This document shows positions 37,905 through 49,352 of a stretch of DNA of 64,000 nucleotides, in pieces. How positions within the stretch are numbered: position 1 is the first letter of the stretch; every line of letters starts with the position of its first letter. The position numbers were made by a program, and so were the translations under genes. The notes below the pieces were generated by a model. The model ran no database searches. It worked only from the letters and a program-made list of their open reading frames with translations, and was not told the origin of the DNA. Source of the DNA: Candidatus Firestoneibacteriota bacterium (GTDB lineage Bacteria; Oederibacteriota; D2-FULL-39-29); the NCBI GenBank assembly GCA_903891415.1, contig CAITEH010000039.1, positions 2,766-66,765 of the forward strand. Reading direction: 5' to 3'.

Positions 37905-40904
37905 TTATACAGCTTTTGCTTTCCTTTCTACATTCACTCCTGCTTTTCCAGTCAGAGGATCTATATCTTTTAGCTTAACCGAGACTACCGTTGAAACACC
38001 TTTTTCTAATTGCGTTATTCCATAAAGAGTATCTGCGCTTTCCATTGTAAGCTTATTGTGTGTTATTATTATGAATTGCACGTGGGCGAAGGTACTCTTT
38101 AGCATATCCCTGAATCTCACAACATTACTGTCATCAAGCGGAGCATCTATTTCATCCAGGATGCAGAAAGGAGAAGGCTTTACCATAAATACCGCAAAAA
38201 GAAGCCCGATGGCAGTTAAGGCTCTCTCTCCTCCGGAAAGCATTGCTACAGAAAGAGGCCTTTTTCCCGGAGGCCTGGCAATGATTTCAATACCTGTTTC
38301 AAGTATATTGTTTTCATCCATAAGTTGAAGGTCGCCATGTCCGCCATTAAAGAGTTTCCTGAAAACCTCATTGAAATTCGCCTTTATTTTGGTAAACGTT
38401 TCAAGAAACAATTCCTTTGTGGTCTGATTAAGCTCGTGAATAGTCTTCAAAAGTTCATTTTTGGCATCATCCAGGTCCCTTTCCTGGCCGGCAAGGAAAT
38501 CATACCTTACTGATAACTCCTGATATTCTTCCATTGAAGCCATATTAACGGGCCCCATACCGTCTATTATTGCCCGCAGCTCAGTTATTTTAACATCCGC
38601 TGTTTCTTCAGTTAAATTATTATCAATTATATAGTCTTTTTCCAGGGTAAGTTGTGAAATATCAACATGATAATCCCGGAGGATCCTGTCTTTTATGGCT
38701 TTGGCTTCAAGGTCCTGCTTGCTTATAACTATTTCAAGATCATACAGGTCCTTCTGTTTTACCTCATTCTCCTTCCTGAAAGCCCGGAGTTGTTCTTCAT
38801 CCTTAAAAAAGCATTTCCTGATGTTTTCATTATTATCTTTTTCATTTGCAAGTGACTTCTCAAGCTCCTCTTTTTTAGGCGCTATTTCCTTCAAAAACAT
38901 CTGTAGAGAGGAGATCTCCTTATCAAGGCCGTCTATCAGCAGGGTTTTGCTCTTAATTTCTTTAATATAGGTGTTTTTACTTACTTCAATCTCATCAATA
39001 TTCAGCCCCATCCGTACCAGTTCATTTTTTAAATTTATCTCCCGCTGTTCAAGAAAAGTAAGGCGTACCTTTCTATCCGTAAATATCGCGTTCTCCGCCT
39101 GCTCATCTTTTCTTGCCGCCAGCAATTCAGCTTCAAGAGCCTTGATACCGGCATCTTTTTCTTTTTGCGCGCCCTCCGCATTATTCAGCCTGCCGGTCAA
39201 TTCCTTCTTTTTACCGGCCGCCGCCGTTTCTTCTTTTGTTATTTCCTCAAGCTCGTAGTCTATGACCTTGAGTTCACGGCAGATCCTTTCAAGCTCTCCA
39301 ATTAAAGACTGCTCTTCCTGTTTTTTTGCCACAGTACCTTTAACATCCTGCAGTATCTTAAAAAGAGGTTTTATTTTTTTAACGTAGGAGACCCACCTGT
39401 CACGGATATTTACGAGAAGTTTCCGGATATTAATGACTTCTTTTTCTTGCCCGATCCGGTTAAAATCCCCGTCCATCAGGCTTTCCATTGTTTCAATATT
39501 CTTTATTTCTTCGGAGGTGTATTCATAAACACCCTCGGAAGTCGTAAGTTTATTACTCCCGCCGATCCCGGCCAGTTCGGCTTTTAATTCCAAAAGGCGT
39601 TTTTCCGCATTTTCTTTACGGGCGACTATTTCATTTTTTTTCCTGCTCAGCTTATCCCCGGTAAATTTCAATTCATTAATACGGTTCTCAGCCGCCTTAA
39701 ATTCATTTTTCAGGTGCGCGAACTCACTGATAGTGTCAAAGATCTGCACCCTTAGTTCTTCCAGAAGTTTCTCGCCCTGCCTGTGCTTTTCCCTCAGCTT
39801 TCTGGAATTTTCGGCCTGTTTTCCGATATTTTCTTTTTCAACAGCCAAGCCTTTTACCGTTTCCTCATAATCATCCTTGGTCCCGGCGATAAGGCCTACA
39901 AGCGTTCCATTTTTCTTCTCAAGCTCGGTTATCCGTTCTTTTATTTGTTCGATCTCACGGATCAAAGAGTTCCTTCTGTCTTCCAAAAGGCTTATTTTAC
40001 CGAAAACATTGTTTATCTCGTTGCCGACCTTGTAGTATTCTTCCTGCCGGAGGACCAGTTTCTTTTCCTCTTCAAAAAGGTTTTTTCTGCCTTCCTGCAG
40101 GCGCGCGTCCTCGCTGTTAATACTGTTCAAAATATTTTCCAGGGTGTTTTTAAGAGCGCTCTTTTTTACAGAAAGCTCTTCAATTTTGCCGCGATAGTTA
40201 TCATACCGGTATTTGGAAACGGAGACTTCGGCTTCTTTTAGTTCCAAAGAAAGTTTTTTATATTTCTCGGCTTTTTTTGCGTGCCGTTCAAGGCTATTTA
40301 TCTGGCGTTTCACTTCTCCCAGGATATCCTTGATCCTTTTCAGGTTTTGATCCGTTTGATCAAGTTTCTTCAAGGCTTCTTCTTTTTTTGCTTTATACTT
40401 TGAAACTCCGGCGGCTTCCTCAAAGATATACCGCCTTTCAAGCGGGCGCGAAGAAAGAATAGCATCCATCTTTCCCTGTTCAAGAATAAAATAGGTGTCG
40501 GTACCGACCCCGGTATCAAGGAACATATTAGAAATATCCTTGAGCCGGCAGGGATTTTTATTTATGAAGTACTCACAATCAGAATTACGGAAGATCTGGC
40601 GGGTTATCTTTAATTCTTCAAAATCAAAAGCAAGCTGGCCTTTTAGATCAGAAAATACCAGGGATACTTCACCCATACCCACAGGTTTTCTGGATTCAGT
40701 CCCGTTAAAGATAATATTATCCATAGACGGGCTGCGAAGCGACTTAACGCTCTGTTCTCCGAGAACCCAGCGTATGGAATCAACAATATTGGATTTACCT
40801 GCACCATTCGGGCCGACAATACAAGTAATCCCGGGTTCAAAATTCACCTCGGTTTTATCAGCAAATGATTTAAAACCATACAATTGAAGTTTCTTAAGTA
40901 ACAA
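37905..40904 (-). CDS. smc: Chromosome segregation protein SMC
   Basis: Walker A GPNGAGKSN, long coiled coils, a hinge, and the C-terminal signature LSGGERALTAIGLLFA with DEIDAPLD. The track start (TTG 40979) adds 25 non-conserved residues. The likely start is TTG 40904 (MLLKKLQLYGFKSF) with AGGAG 5 nt upstream. Confidence 0.9.
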   Translation of the reverse strand: MLLKKLQLYGFKSFADKTEVNFEPGITCIVGPNGAGKSNIVDSIRWVLGEQSVKSLRSPSMDNIIFNGTESRKPVGMGEVSLVFSDLKGQLAFDFEELKITRQIFRNSDCEYFINKNPCRLKDISNMFLDTGVGTDTYFILEQGKMDAILSSRPLERRYIFEEAAGVSKYKAKKEEALKKLDQTDQNLKRIKDILGEVKRQINSLERHAKKAEKYKKLSLELKEAEVSVSKYRYDNYRGKIEELSVKKSALKNTLENILNSINSEDARLQEGRKNLFEEEKKLVLRQEEYYKVGNEINNVFGKISLLEDRRNSLIREIEQIKERITELEKKNGTLVGLIAGTKDDYEETVKGLAVEKENIGKQAENSRKLREKHRQGEKLLEELRVQIFDTISEFAHLKNEFKAAENRINELKFTGDKLSRKKNEIVARKENAEKRLLELKAELAGIGGSNKLTTSEGVYEYTSEEIKNIETMESLMDGDFNRIGQEKEVINIRKLLVNIRDRWVSYVKKIKPLFKILQDVKGTVAKKQEEQSLIGELERICRELKVIDYELEEITKEETAAAGKKKELTGRLNNAEGAQKEKDAGIKALEAELLAARKDEQAENAIFTDRKVRLTFLEQREINLKNELVRMGLNIDEIEVSKNTYIKEIKSKTLLIDGLDKEISSLQMFLKEIAPKKEELEKSLANEKDNNENIRKCFFKDEEQLRAFRKENEVKQKDLYDLEIVISKQDLEAKAIKDRILRDYHVDISQLTLEKDYIIDNNLTEETADVKITELRAIIDGMGPVNMASMEEYQELSVRYDFLAGQERDLDDAKNELLKTIHELNQTTKELFLETFTKIKANFNEVFRKLFNGGHGDLQLMDENNILETGIEIIARPPGKRPLSVAMLSGGERALTAIGLLFAVFMVKPSPFCILDEIDAPLDDSNVVRFRDMLKSTFAHVQFIIITHNKLTMESADTLYGITQLEKGVSTVVSVKLKDIDPLTGKAGVNVERKAKAV

Positions 40905-41001
40905 TGACACTCCTGTAGCACTTGTCTTGGATAAAAAAACGCCCGCTAAATGTAATAGACACGCATATATAGTGGCCAATGTTATTAGTGCATCTACATA
41001 T

Positions 41002-41029
41002 AGTATAATGATTTTATAAGGATTGTCAA
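41002..41029 (-). promoter_or_regulatory. Candidate smc promoter: TTGACA, 16 bp spacer, TATACT
   Basis: Minus-strand read: cccTTGACAatccttataaaatcatTATACT. It lies within a 311-bp AT-rich intergenic region. Confidence 0.4.
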
Positions 41030-41215
41030 GGGTAAATAAGGTTTTTTCGAATTATTCGAGACGTTGATATATAGTTTAACAATATTCCATAACTACTGGC
41101 GCATCAAGCTTATATTATTTTGTAAAAATACGTCAAATCGAATTTAATAAAATAATCTTTTACTCAAGACAACATCAATATCTTTAGTTCACAAACCCGG
41201 GGACCGCAGGAGTAG

Positions 41216-42311
41216 TTATTTGTCTCCTTTTCTTTTAAGAAAGGCCTCTATGAATATATCTATATCTCCGTCCATTACCGCGTCAGTATTCCCGACTTCC
41301 ACGCCGGTTCTGTTATCTTTCACTAAACGGTAAGGCTGGAAAACATAGGATCTTATCTGGCTTCCCCATTCAATATCTTTTTTTTCACCCTGCACCTTCT
41401 TCATTTCTTCCTTTCTTTTACCGCCATAATACTCATACAGCCTTGACTTCAGAACTTTATAGGCCATCGCCTTATTTTTCATCTGGCTTCTTTCCGACTG
41501 GCAGGTCACCACAATACCGGAAGCCAGATGAGTAAGCCGGATAGCGCTTTCTGTACGATTTACATGCTGCCCGCCGGCTCCGGAAGCCCGGTAGGTATCC
41601 AGCCTTATCTCTTCTTCGCCTATATCTACTTCAACGTCATCAACTTCCGGCATCACATCCACAGAGGCGAAAGAAGTATGCCGTCTCTTATTGGAATCAA
41701 AAGGAGATATTCTAACGAGCCGGTGAACGCCTTTTTCCGATTTAAGGAAGCCATATACATTCGGCCCGGAGATCAACAGAGTTACGTCTTTGAGCCCGGC
41801 TTCTTCTCCGGGTTGATAATCAACTATCTCAATAGTAAAATTTTTTCTTTCTGCCCATCTGTTATACATTCTAAGAAGCATTGAGGCCCAGTCTTGAGAC
41901 TCGGTACCGCCGGCCCCGGGATGAATGGATAAAAATGCATTATGAGAGTCGTACTTATCGGTAAAATAGAGTTTTAATTCTTCAGAACGGATATCTTTTT
42001 TCAGCTGGCTTTGTTTTTCTGCAATTTCTTTTATAAGGGCGGGATCTTCTTCCAGCTTAATAAGTTCCAGGCCGGTCAAAACATCGTCAACTTTTGCTTC
42101 CAGCAATTTCCAGTTATCCAGCTCTTTCTTGTAGTCATCACGCTCTTTCATTAGTTTCTGGGCCTTTTCATTTTCACCCCAGAAGCCGGCTTCCCCCGCG
42201 AGTTTATCTATTTCTTTGACCCTGTCCTGCTTTCTTGACAGGTCAAAGATACCTCCATATTTCTTTCAGTCTAACCTTTATTTTTTCTATTTCTTCCCTT
42301 TCTTCCGTCAT
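41216..42311 (-). CDS. prfB: Peptide chain release factor 2, expressed via a programmed +1 ribosomal frameshift
   Basis: ORF0 is ATG 42311..42309 through the in-frame TGA at 42245..42243 (MTEEREEIEKIKVRLKEIWRYL*). The shift site is GGAGGtatCTTTGAC. The +1 frame continues DLSRKQDRVKEIDKLAGEAGFWGENEKAQKLMKERDDYKK.. into the 311-aa track ORF. The GGQ motif SGAGGQHVN is present. Confidence 0.9.
42242..42248 (-). other. prfB +1 frameshift site CUU UGA C, with an internal Shine-Dalgarno GGAGG 3 nt upstream
   Basis: Read directly. It is identical in logic to the E. coli prfB site AGGGGGUAUCUUUGAC. Confidence 0.85.
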
Positions 42312-42568
42312 TAAGAGCACCCCTCTACCAGTATTCTTACCTTATCGGTCAAGACTTCCACAAAACCGCTTTCAATTTGGAGTTCATTGATCTCTTTTCC
42401 ATATTTATATATTATTTTACCCTTTTTTAGCAGCGAGATCAGGGGAGTATGGTTTCTCAGCACTCCAAAATTACCCAGAGGAGAGGGCGCTTCAAGAGAA
42501 GTAACCGCACCTTTAAAAACTTGACGGTCCGGTGTCAGTATTTCCAGTATAAAAGTTTTTTCACTCAT
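42311..42568 (-). CDS. atpC: F-type ATP synthase epsilon subunit, short form (beta-sandwich domain only)
   Basis: 85 aa: MSEKTFILEILTPDRQVFKG..LQIESGFVEVLTDKVRILVEGCS. The stop TAA overlaps the prfB ORF0 ATG (TAATG). No C-terminal helical hairpin is encoded. Confidence 0.85.
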   Translation of the reverse strand: MSEKTFILEILTPDRQVFKGAVTSLEAPSPLGNFGVLRNHTPLISLLKKGKIIYKYGKEINELQIESGFVEVLTDKVRILVEGCS

Positions 42569-42607
42569 ATTTTCCTAAAACCAGCTGAATTATTAACGCT
42601 CCGCAAG

Positions 42608-44068
<1,461 letters not shown>

Positions 44069-44107
44069 TTATCCCTTACTTTTTCCGGCAGAACGGCAGT
44101 GCAGCCG

Positions 44108-44959
44108 TCAGCTTACGGCAGCCGCCCCTCCCACCAGATCGTTAAGTTCTTTTGTGATATTACCCTGTCTTACTTTATTATATTGAAGCGTCAATTTCTT
44201 CATCAATTCTTCAGTATTCTTGGTTGCCTGTTCCATTGAGGTCATGCGCAGGCCCTGTTCTGCCGCATTAGATTCAAGCAGGATGCCGTAAAAAATAACA
44301 CTTATATATTTTGGCAGGAGTTCTTCAAGCAAGCTCTTAAGGTCCGGCTCAAATATGAATTCTGAACTCAAGGTTTTTTTGCCGCCTGTAGCAAGCGGCA
44401 GCAATTTAAAGATCTTTGTTTTTGCCTGGGTGACAACCTTAAACTCATTATACATAATTGTCACTTCTTTATAATTTCCGGAAAAAAACTTTAAAAGGAT
44501 CTCTTTAACTATTTTATCCGCGGAAACGTAATTAAGAGCATTCATAACACCGTTATATTCGGCCATAGCGCTGAAGCCTCTGGCACCCAGAAAGTCCCTG
44601 CCTTTCTTTCCCAGAGCTATAACGTCTGTGCCCGAACCGTTTAACCGGAGCTGCTTGAGGCAATTTTTCAGCAAAGTGCTGTTAAAGCTGCCGCAAAACC
44701 CTTTGTCTGAAGTTATCAGGATCAGGAGTTCTTTCTCTGCTTTCTTACGGGCAATAAAATACGGGTGTTCATAATTATCATTTTTTTTGGCAATAAGATC
44801 ACCGATAATATATTCCATCTCCTGTCTGTATGGCCGGTTAGCGGTAAGGTTCTGTAGCGCTTTTCGATATCTGACTGCAGCAACCATTTTCATTGCCTTA
44901 GTTATCTGCTGGGTCTTTTTTATGCTAGCTATCCGTTTGCGTATCTCGCGGGTATTCAT
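44108..44959 (-). CDS. atpG: F-type ATP synthase gamma subunit
   Basis: 283 aa with the typical gamma N- and C-terminal helices (..ITKELNDLVGGAAAV). Confidence 0.9.
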   Translation of the reverse strand: MNTREIRKRIASIKKTQQITKAMKMVAAVRYRKALQNLTANRPYRQEMEYIIGDLIAKKNDNYEHPYFIARKKAEKELLILITSDKGFCGSFNSTLLKNCLKQLRLNGSGTDVIALGKKGRDFLGARGFSAMAEYNGVMNALNYVSADKIVKEILLKFFSGNYKEVTIMYNEFKVVTQAKTKIFKLLPLATGGKKTLSSEFIFEPDLKSLLEELLPKYISVIFYGILLESNAAEQGLRMTSMEQATKNTEELMKKLTLQYNKVRQGNITKELNDLVGGAAAVS

Positions 44960-44982
44960 CTTCTTTTTTCATATCCTTTTAT

Positions 44983-45008
44983 AAGCAAAATCCCCCGGCT
45001 TGCGGGGG
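44983..45008 (-). terminator. GC hairpin CCCCCG, loop caagc, CGGGGG after guaA. The U-tract is weak (AUUUUGCUU).
   Basis: Stem 44992-44997 with 45003-45008. It may be a partial terminator or processing site between guaA and atpG. Confidence 0.3.
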
Positions 45009-45022
45009 CGGCGGGATCCTTT

Positions 45023-46576
45023 TCATTCCCATTCTATGGTGGACGGCGGTTTACTGGTTATATCATAAACTACCCGGTTAACTCCACGGACCTCATTTAC
45101 TATTCTATCAGATATGGTGTTCATAACTTCGTAAGGCAGTTTCACCCAGTCCGCGGTCATACCATCCTGGCTCTCTACCGCTCTAAGCGCAATCACATTA
45201 TCGTAAGTACGTTCATCCCCCATAACGCCCACAGTCTTTATCGGCAATAAAACTCCGAAAGACTGCCAGATGGACCTGTACAGCTTGGCCCGCTTGATCT
45301 CCTCTATTATTATACTATCCGCATTCTTTAAGATTTCAAGATTTTCAGGGGAAACTTCTCCCAGTATCCGTACTGCCAGGCCCGGACCGGGGAACGGCTG
45401 TCTCCATAGTATTTCGTCAGGGATACCCAGTTCCTTGCCAAGGATCCTTACTTCATCTTTAAAAAGTTCTTTAAGGGGCTCAATAAGGCTGAATTTCAGG
45501 TCTTTCGGCAAACCTCCGACATTATGATGCGACTTGATCACAGCCGACGGGCCTTTTGTTGAGATACTTTCAATAACATCCGGATAAAGCGTACCCTGGG
45601 CCAAAAACCCGATATTACCCAGTTTTTCCGCCTCATCTTCAAAGACCCTGATAAACTCGTGGCCTATTATCTTTCTCTTTTGTTCAGGATTGACCACTCC
45701 TTTCAGTTTGTCAAGGAACCTGTCTGAAGCATCAGCATAATGGAGATTGATCTTAAAACCATCCCTGAAAGTTTTTAACACCGCCTCCGGTTCGCCTTTT
45801 CGAAGCATCCCGTTATTAACAAATACGCAGTGCAAATTATCTCCAATGGCCTTATGGATCAGTACAGCTACAACAGAAGAGTCCACTCCTCCGGAAAGCC
45901 CGCAAATAACTTTTTTTTCCCCGGCTGTTTTTCGTATATTTTCTATGGCATCTTTGACATAATTCTTCATCGTCCAGTCGCCGGAACAATGGCAGATCTT
46001 CATAAGGAAATTCTTTATTATATCTTTGCCGTTTTGCGTGTGAATAACTTCGGGGTGGAACTGCACTCCGTAAATTTGTTTTACACGGTTGCGAATAGCT
46101 CCAAAAGGGCAGGTCATAGTATAGGCAATGGGTTCAAACCCCTGGGGAAGCCGGGTAACCTGATCGCCATGGCTCATCCAAACATCCAGGGTTGATCTTA
46201 AATTCCAGAGAAGATCGGAAAAATCCTTGATCAGGAGTTTTGAAAGGCCGTATTCTCTCTTTTCCGCTTTCATAACTTTTCCGCCCAGCGTCTGCGAAAT
46301 AAGCTGCATGCCATAACAAATACCGAGTATAGGCACCCCTATTTTAAGAATTTCCGGATCTATGCCCGGAGCATTCTCTTCATAAACACTTGCCGGCCCG
46401 CCGGAAAGTATTATTCCTTTAAGTCTTGGGATCTTCTTAAGTGTTTCAGCCGTGGTCGCCGGGGGCAGGATCTCACAGTAAACATTGTTTTCCCTTACCC
46501 TTCTGGCGATCAATTGATTGTACTGCGAACCGTAATCAAGTACGGCTATAAACTCTTTTAGCGACTGATCAAGCAT
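45023..46576 (-). CDS. guaA: GMP synthase (glutamine-hydrolysing)
   Basis: 517 aa with an N-terminal class I glutamine amidotransferase domain (active-site Cys in GICYGMQ), an ATP pyrophosphatase SGGVDSS motif and a C-terminal dimerisation domain. Confidence 0.95.
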   Translation of the reverse strand: MLDQSLKEFIAVLDYGSQYNQLIARRVRENNVYCEILPPATTAETLKKIPRLKGIILSGGPASVYEENAPGIDPEILKIGVPILGICYGMQLISQTLGGKVMKAEKREYGLSKLLIKDFSDLLWNLRSTLDVWMSHGDQVTRLPQGFEPIAYTMTCPFGAIRNRVKQIYGVQFHPEVIHTQNGKDIIKNFLMKICHCSGDWTMKNYVKDAIENIRKTAGEKKVICGLSGGVDSSVVAVLIHKAIGDNLHCVFVNNGMLRKGEPEAVLKTFRDGFKINLHYADASDRFLDKLKGVVNPEQKRKIIGHEFIRVFEDEAEKLGNIGFLAQGTLYPDVIESISTKGPSAVIKSHHNVGGLPKDLKFSLIEPLKELFKDEVRILGKELGIPDEILWRQPFPGPGLAVRILGEVSPENLEILKNADSIIIEEIKRAKLYRSIWQSFGVLLPIKTVGVMGDERTYDNVIALRAVESQDGMTADWVKLPYEVMNTISDRIVNEVRGVNRVVYDITSKPPSTIEWE

Positions 46577-46579
46577 ATA

Positions 46580-47863
46580 TTATTTGGCCTTAAAGACATT
46601 AAATATATCTTCCTTGAATAATTTTGAATATTTCTTGAAATTTTCGATAGAAAGTTCCTTAAGGTCTTTATCTTTTTCCATGCAATAAAGAACAAGTTTG
46701 CCTGTTATGGTATGCGCATCCTTAAAATTCAGGCCTTTTTTTGTAAGATAGTTGGCCACCTCGACAGCTTCAGAAAAATCTTTATACATAGACCGCTTGA
46801 TGTTCTCCGGTTTAAGCTTTATATTCTTAACCACGGCTTCAAAAATATCAAGCGAATCCTGTATGGAATCCGCGACCGAGAATAAATGTATCTTATCCTC
46901 CTGCATGTCGCTGTTATAAGTAAGCGGAAGGCCTTTCATCAGAGTAAGCATGCCCATAAGCCCGCCGTACACGCGCCCGGTACGGCCCCGGATAAGCTCA
47001 AAAATATCCGGATTTTTCTTTTGAGGCATGATACTGCTTCCTGTTGTATAAGCATCGCTTATCTCAATATAGGCAAATTCTTTTGTGGACCAGAGGATCA
47101 TCTCTTCCGCGAACCGGCTCAAATGCATCGAGAGCAGCGCGCAGGCAGAAATAAATTCTATGATATGATCCCGGTCCGAGACCGAATCCAGGGTATTTTT
47201 TGTCGGCATTGTAAAACCCAGCTCAGCTGAGACCATAGCGCGGTCTATCGGGAAAGAAGTCCCCGCCAAAGCACAAGCGCCAAGCGGCATATAATTTGCG
47301 CGTTTGTAAACATCCTTAAAACGTGAAATATCGCGCTCCAGCATCTCTATATAGGCCCCGGCATATTTTTCAAACTTGACCGTCTGCGCGTGCTGCATAT
47401 GCGTAAAACCCGGGATCAAAAGCCCTTTGTTTTTCCCAGCAAAACCTTTAAAACTTTTTATGGACTTTTTAATTTTAATTATTATATTATCAATTGTTTC
47501 TTTGAGATAAAGTTTTTCATCCAGGGCTATCTGGTCATTGCGGCTTCGCGCGGTGTGCATTTTTTTCCCGGCTTCACCGGCAAGCTTTATGACCTCTTTC
47601 TCTATTACGGTATGTATGTCTTCACAGGAAGTATCCGTCTTAAACCTACCGGACCCTATTTTCACGAGAATGTTATTCAGCGCTTTTATTATTTTTGAAG
47701 CCTCAGTTTTTGAAATAATTTTCTGCCGGCCGAGCATTTTCACATGGGCAATACTGCCCAGGCAATCATATTTTGCAAGCCGGCCGTCAAAGGAAACAGA
47801 TGCGGTGAATTTCTCCGCCAGTTTGTCAGGAACCATTTTAAAACGCCCGCCCCATAATTTCAT
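46580..47863 (-). CDS. argH: Argininosuccinate lyase
   Basis: Fumarate-lyase signature GSSIMPQKKNPD. N-terminal MKLWGGRF. Confidence 0.9.
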   Translation of the reverse strand: MKLWGGRFKMVPDKLAEKFTASVSFDGRLAKYDCLGSIAHVKMLGRQKIISKTEASKIIKALNNILVKIGSGRFKTDTSCEDIHTVIEKEVIKLAGEAGKKMHTARSRNDQIALDEKLYLKETIDNIIIKIKKSIKSFKGFAGKNKGLLIPGFTHMQHAQTVKFEKYAGAYIEMLERDISRFKDVYKRANYMPLGACALAGTSFPIDRAMVSAELGFTMPTKNTLDSVSDRDHIIEFISACALLSMHLSRFAEEMILWSTKEFAYIEISDAYTTGSSIMPQKKNPDIFELIRGRTGRVYGGLMGMLTLMKGLPLTYNSDMQEDKIHLFSVADSIQDSLDIFEAVVKNIKLKPENIKRSMYKDFSEAVEVANYLTKKGLNFKDAHTITGKLVLYCMEKDKDLKELSIENFKKYSKLFKEDIFNVFKAK

Positions 47864-47925
47864 ATTATTTATATCCTTGGATATAAGTTTATTGCCAGAC
47901 TTTAATTTTGTAATAATTTCTTAAT

Positions 47926-47934
47926 ATTATATCA
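47926..47934 (-). promoter_or_regulatory. Extended -10 (TGaTATAAT) promoter for argH
   Basis: Minus-strand read: caaaagTGATATAATattaag. It is about 55 nt upstream of the argH ATG and immediately downstream of the argG terminator. Confidence 0.45.
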
Positions 47935-48070
47935 CTTTTGACATATATTTTTCACTTTTTTCTTGATAAATACGGCACGGTCAATTGCTTTATTTAGCCC
48001 TGGGTCAAGAAAAGCATATATGCTGACAAATGAAAGAGAATTGAGTTTTACCTTTAATGCAGCTTATTTG

Positions 48071-48108
48071 TATAAAAAGCCGCGTAAAAATGAAAGTTTA
48101 CGCGGCTT
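48071..48108 (-). terminator. Intrinsic terminator after argG: a perfect 12-bp stem AAGCCGCGUAAA / UUUACGCGGCUU plus UUUUUAUA
   Basis: Stem 48077-48088 with 48097-48108 and an 8-nt loop. The minus-strand U-tract is the reverse complement of 48071-48076. Confidence 0.75.
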
Positions 48109-48124
48109 AAATATTCTGACTGCG

Positions 48125-49339
48125 CTATTTGAATTTCCCGGCTTTTTTAAGAATAGCTTCTACCTTTGTAGGCAGGCCAAAAAGATTAATAAACCCCTCG
48201 GCGTCCTTATGATTGTACATTTCATCTTTGCTGAAAGTGGCAATATTCTTATCATAGAGCGAATATTCAGATTTTCTGGCCACGGCCATGCAGCTGCCTT
48301 TGTAAAGTTTTAATTTTACTGTCCCGGTCACATTACGTTCGGCGTAGCTGACGAAGGCATCAAAAGCTCTTCTTAATCCTGAATGCCATTGCCCGTTGTA
48401 GACCAGCTCGGCGTAGCGCGGGGCTATTAATTCTTTGTAATGCAAGGTGTCACGGTCCAGAGTTATTGCTTCCAGATCCCTTAAGGCCGTATGGAGCACG
48501 GTCCCGCCCGGGGTTTCATAGACGCCGCGGGATTTCATGCCAACCAGGCGATTTTCAACTATGTCTATGCGTCCAACACCGTTTTTTCCGGCAAGTTCAT
48601 TTAATTTAAAGATCATTTCTACAGGCCCATACGTTTTACCGTTTATTTTTTTGGGAATACCCTTTTCAAAATAGAGTTCAATAAAGGCCGGTTTAGCAGG
48701 GGCCTTTTCCGGAGAAACAGTGTACAGGAACATATCCTCATCATATTCGTTCCAGGTGTCTTCCAGTATTCCGCCCTCATAACTTATATGCCAGAGATTT
48801 CTATCCATACTGTACGGCTTTTTTTTGGTTACCGGAACCGGTATGCCCCTTGCTCCCGCGTATTCTACCTCTTCTTCGCGGGATTTCAAATTCCATTCCC
48901 GCCAGGGTGCAATGATCTTTAAGTCCGGATCCAAAGCCTTAAAAGTAAGTTCAAACCGGACCTGATCATTGCCTTTCCCTGTTGCGCCATGACAGACCGC
49001 ATCGGCTTTTTCTTTCTTTGCCACCTCCACTATTTTACTTGCAATTAGCGGGCGGGCAAAAGAAGTTCCCAGCAAATAACGCCCTTCATAAACGGCATTT
49101 GCTTTCAGGACAGGCCAAATAAAATCTGTTACAAATTCCTTTTTAGCGTCTATTATGTATATTTTACTGGCACCGGTTTTGATCGCTTTTTTGCGCAGCG
49201 GGGAAAGTTCTTCTCCCTGCCCGACATCAACCGCGCAAGCTATAACTTCACAATTGTAGTTTTCTTTCAGCCAGGGAATAATGATTGACGTATCAAGGCC
49301 TCCGGAATAGGCCAGCACCACTTTTTTAATAGAATTCAT
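48125..49339 (-). CDS. argG: Argininosuccinate synthase
   Basis: PP-loop AYSGGLDTS. 404 aa. Confidence 0.95.
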   Translation of the reverse strand: MNSIKKVVLAYSGGLDTSIIIPWLKENYNCEVIACAVDVGQGEELSPLRKKAIKTGASKIYIIDAKKEFVTDFIWPVLKANAVYEGRYLLGTSFARPLIASKIVEVAKKEKADAVCHGATGKGNDQVRFELTFKALDPDLKIIAPWREWNLKSREEEVEYAGARGIPVPVTKKKPYSMDRNLWHISYEGGILEDTWNEYDEDMFLYTVSPEKAPAKPAFIELYFEKGIPKKINGKTYGPVEMIFKLNELAGKNGVGRIDIVENRLVGMKSRGVYETPGGTVLHTALRDLEAITLDRDTLHYKELIAPRYAELVYNGQWHSGLRRAFDAFVSYAERNVTGTVKLKLYKGSCMAVARKSEYSLYDKNIATFSKDEMYNHKDAEGFINLFGLPTKVEAILKKAGKFK

Positions 49340-49352
49340 TTTATGCCTCCAT

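Noticed and set aside
40905-41215. oriC-like region (AT-rich 311 bp with a TTATCCAAG DnaA-box-like 9-mer at about 40923-40931)
   Set aside because: There is a single weak box, no dnaA or dnaN nearby, and no box clustering. A promoter or UTR spacer is more likely.
42151-42151. Treating the 311-aa track ORF as the complete prfB
   Set aside because: It lacks the conserved RF2 N-terminal region. The upstream ORF0 plus the CUU UGA C shifty site supplies it, so the gene spans 41216..42311.
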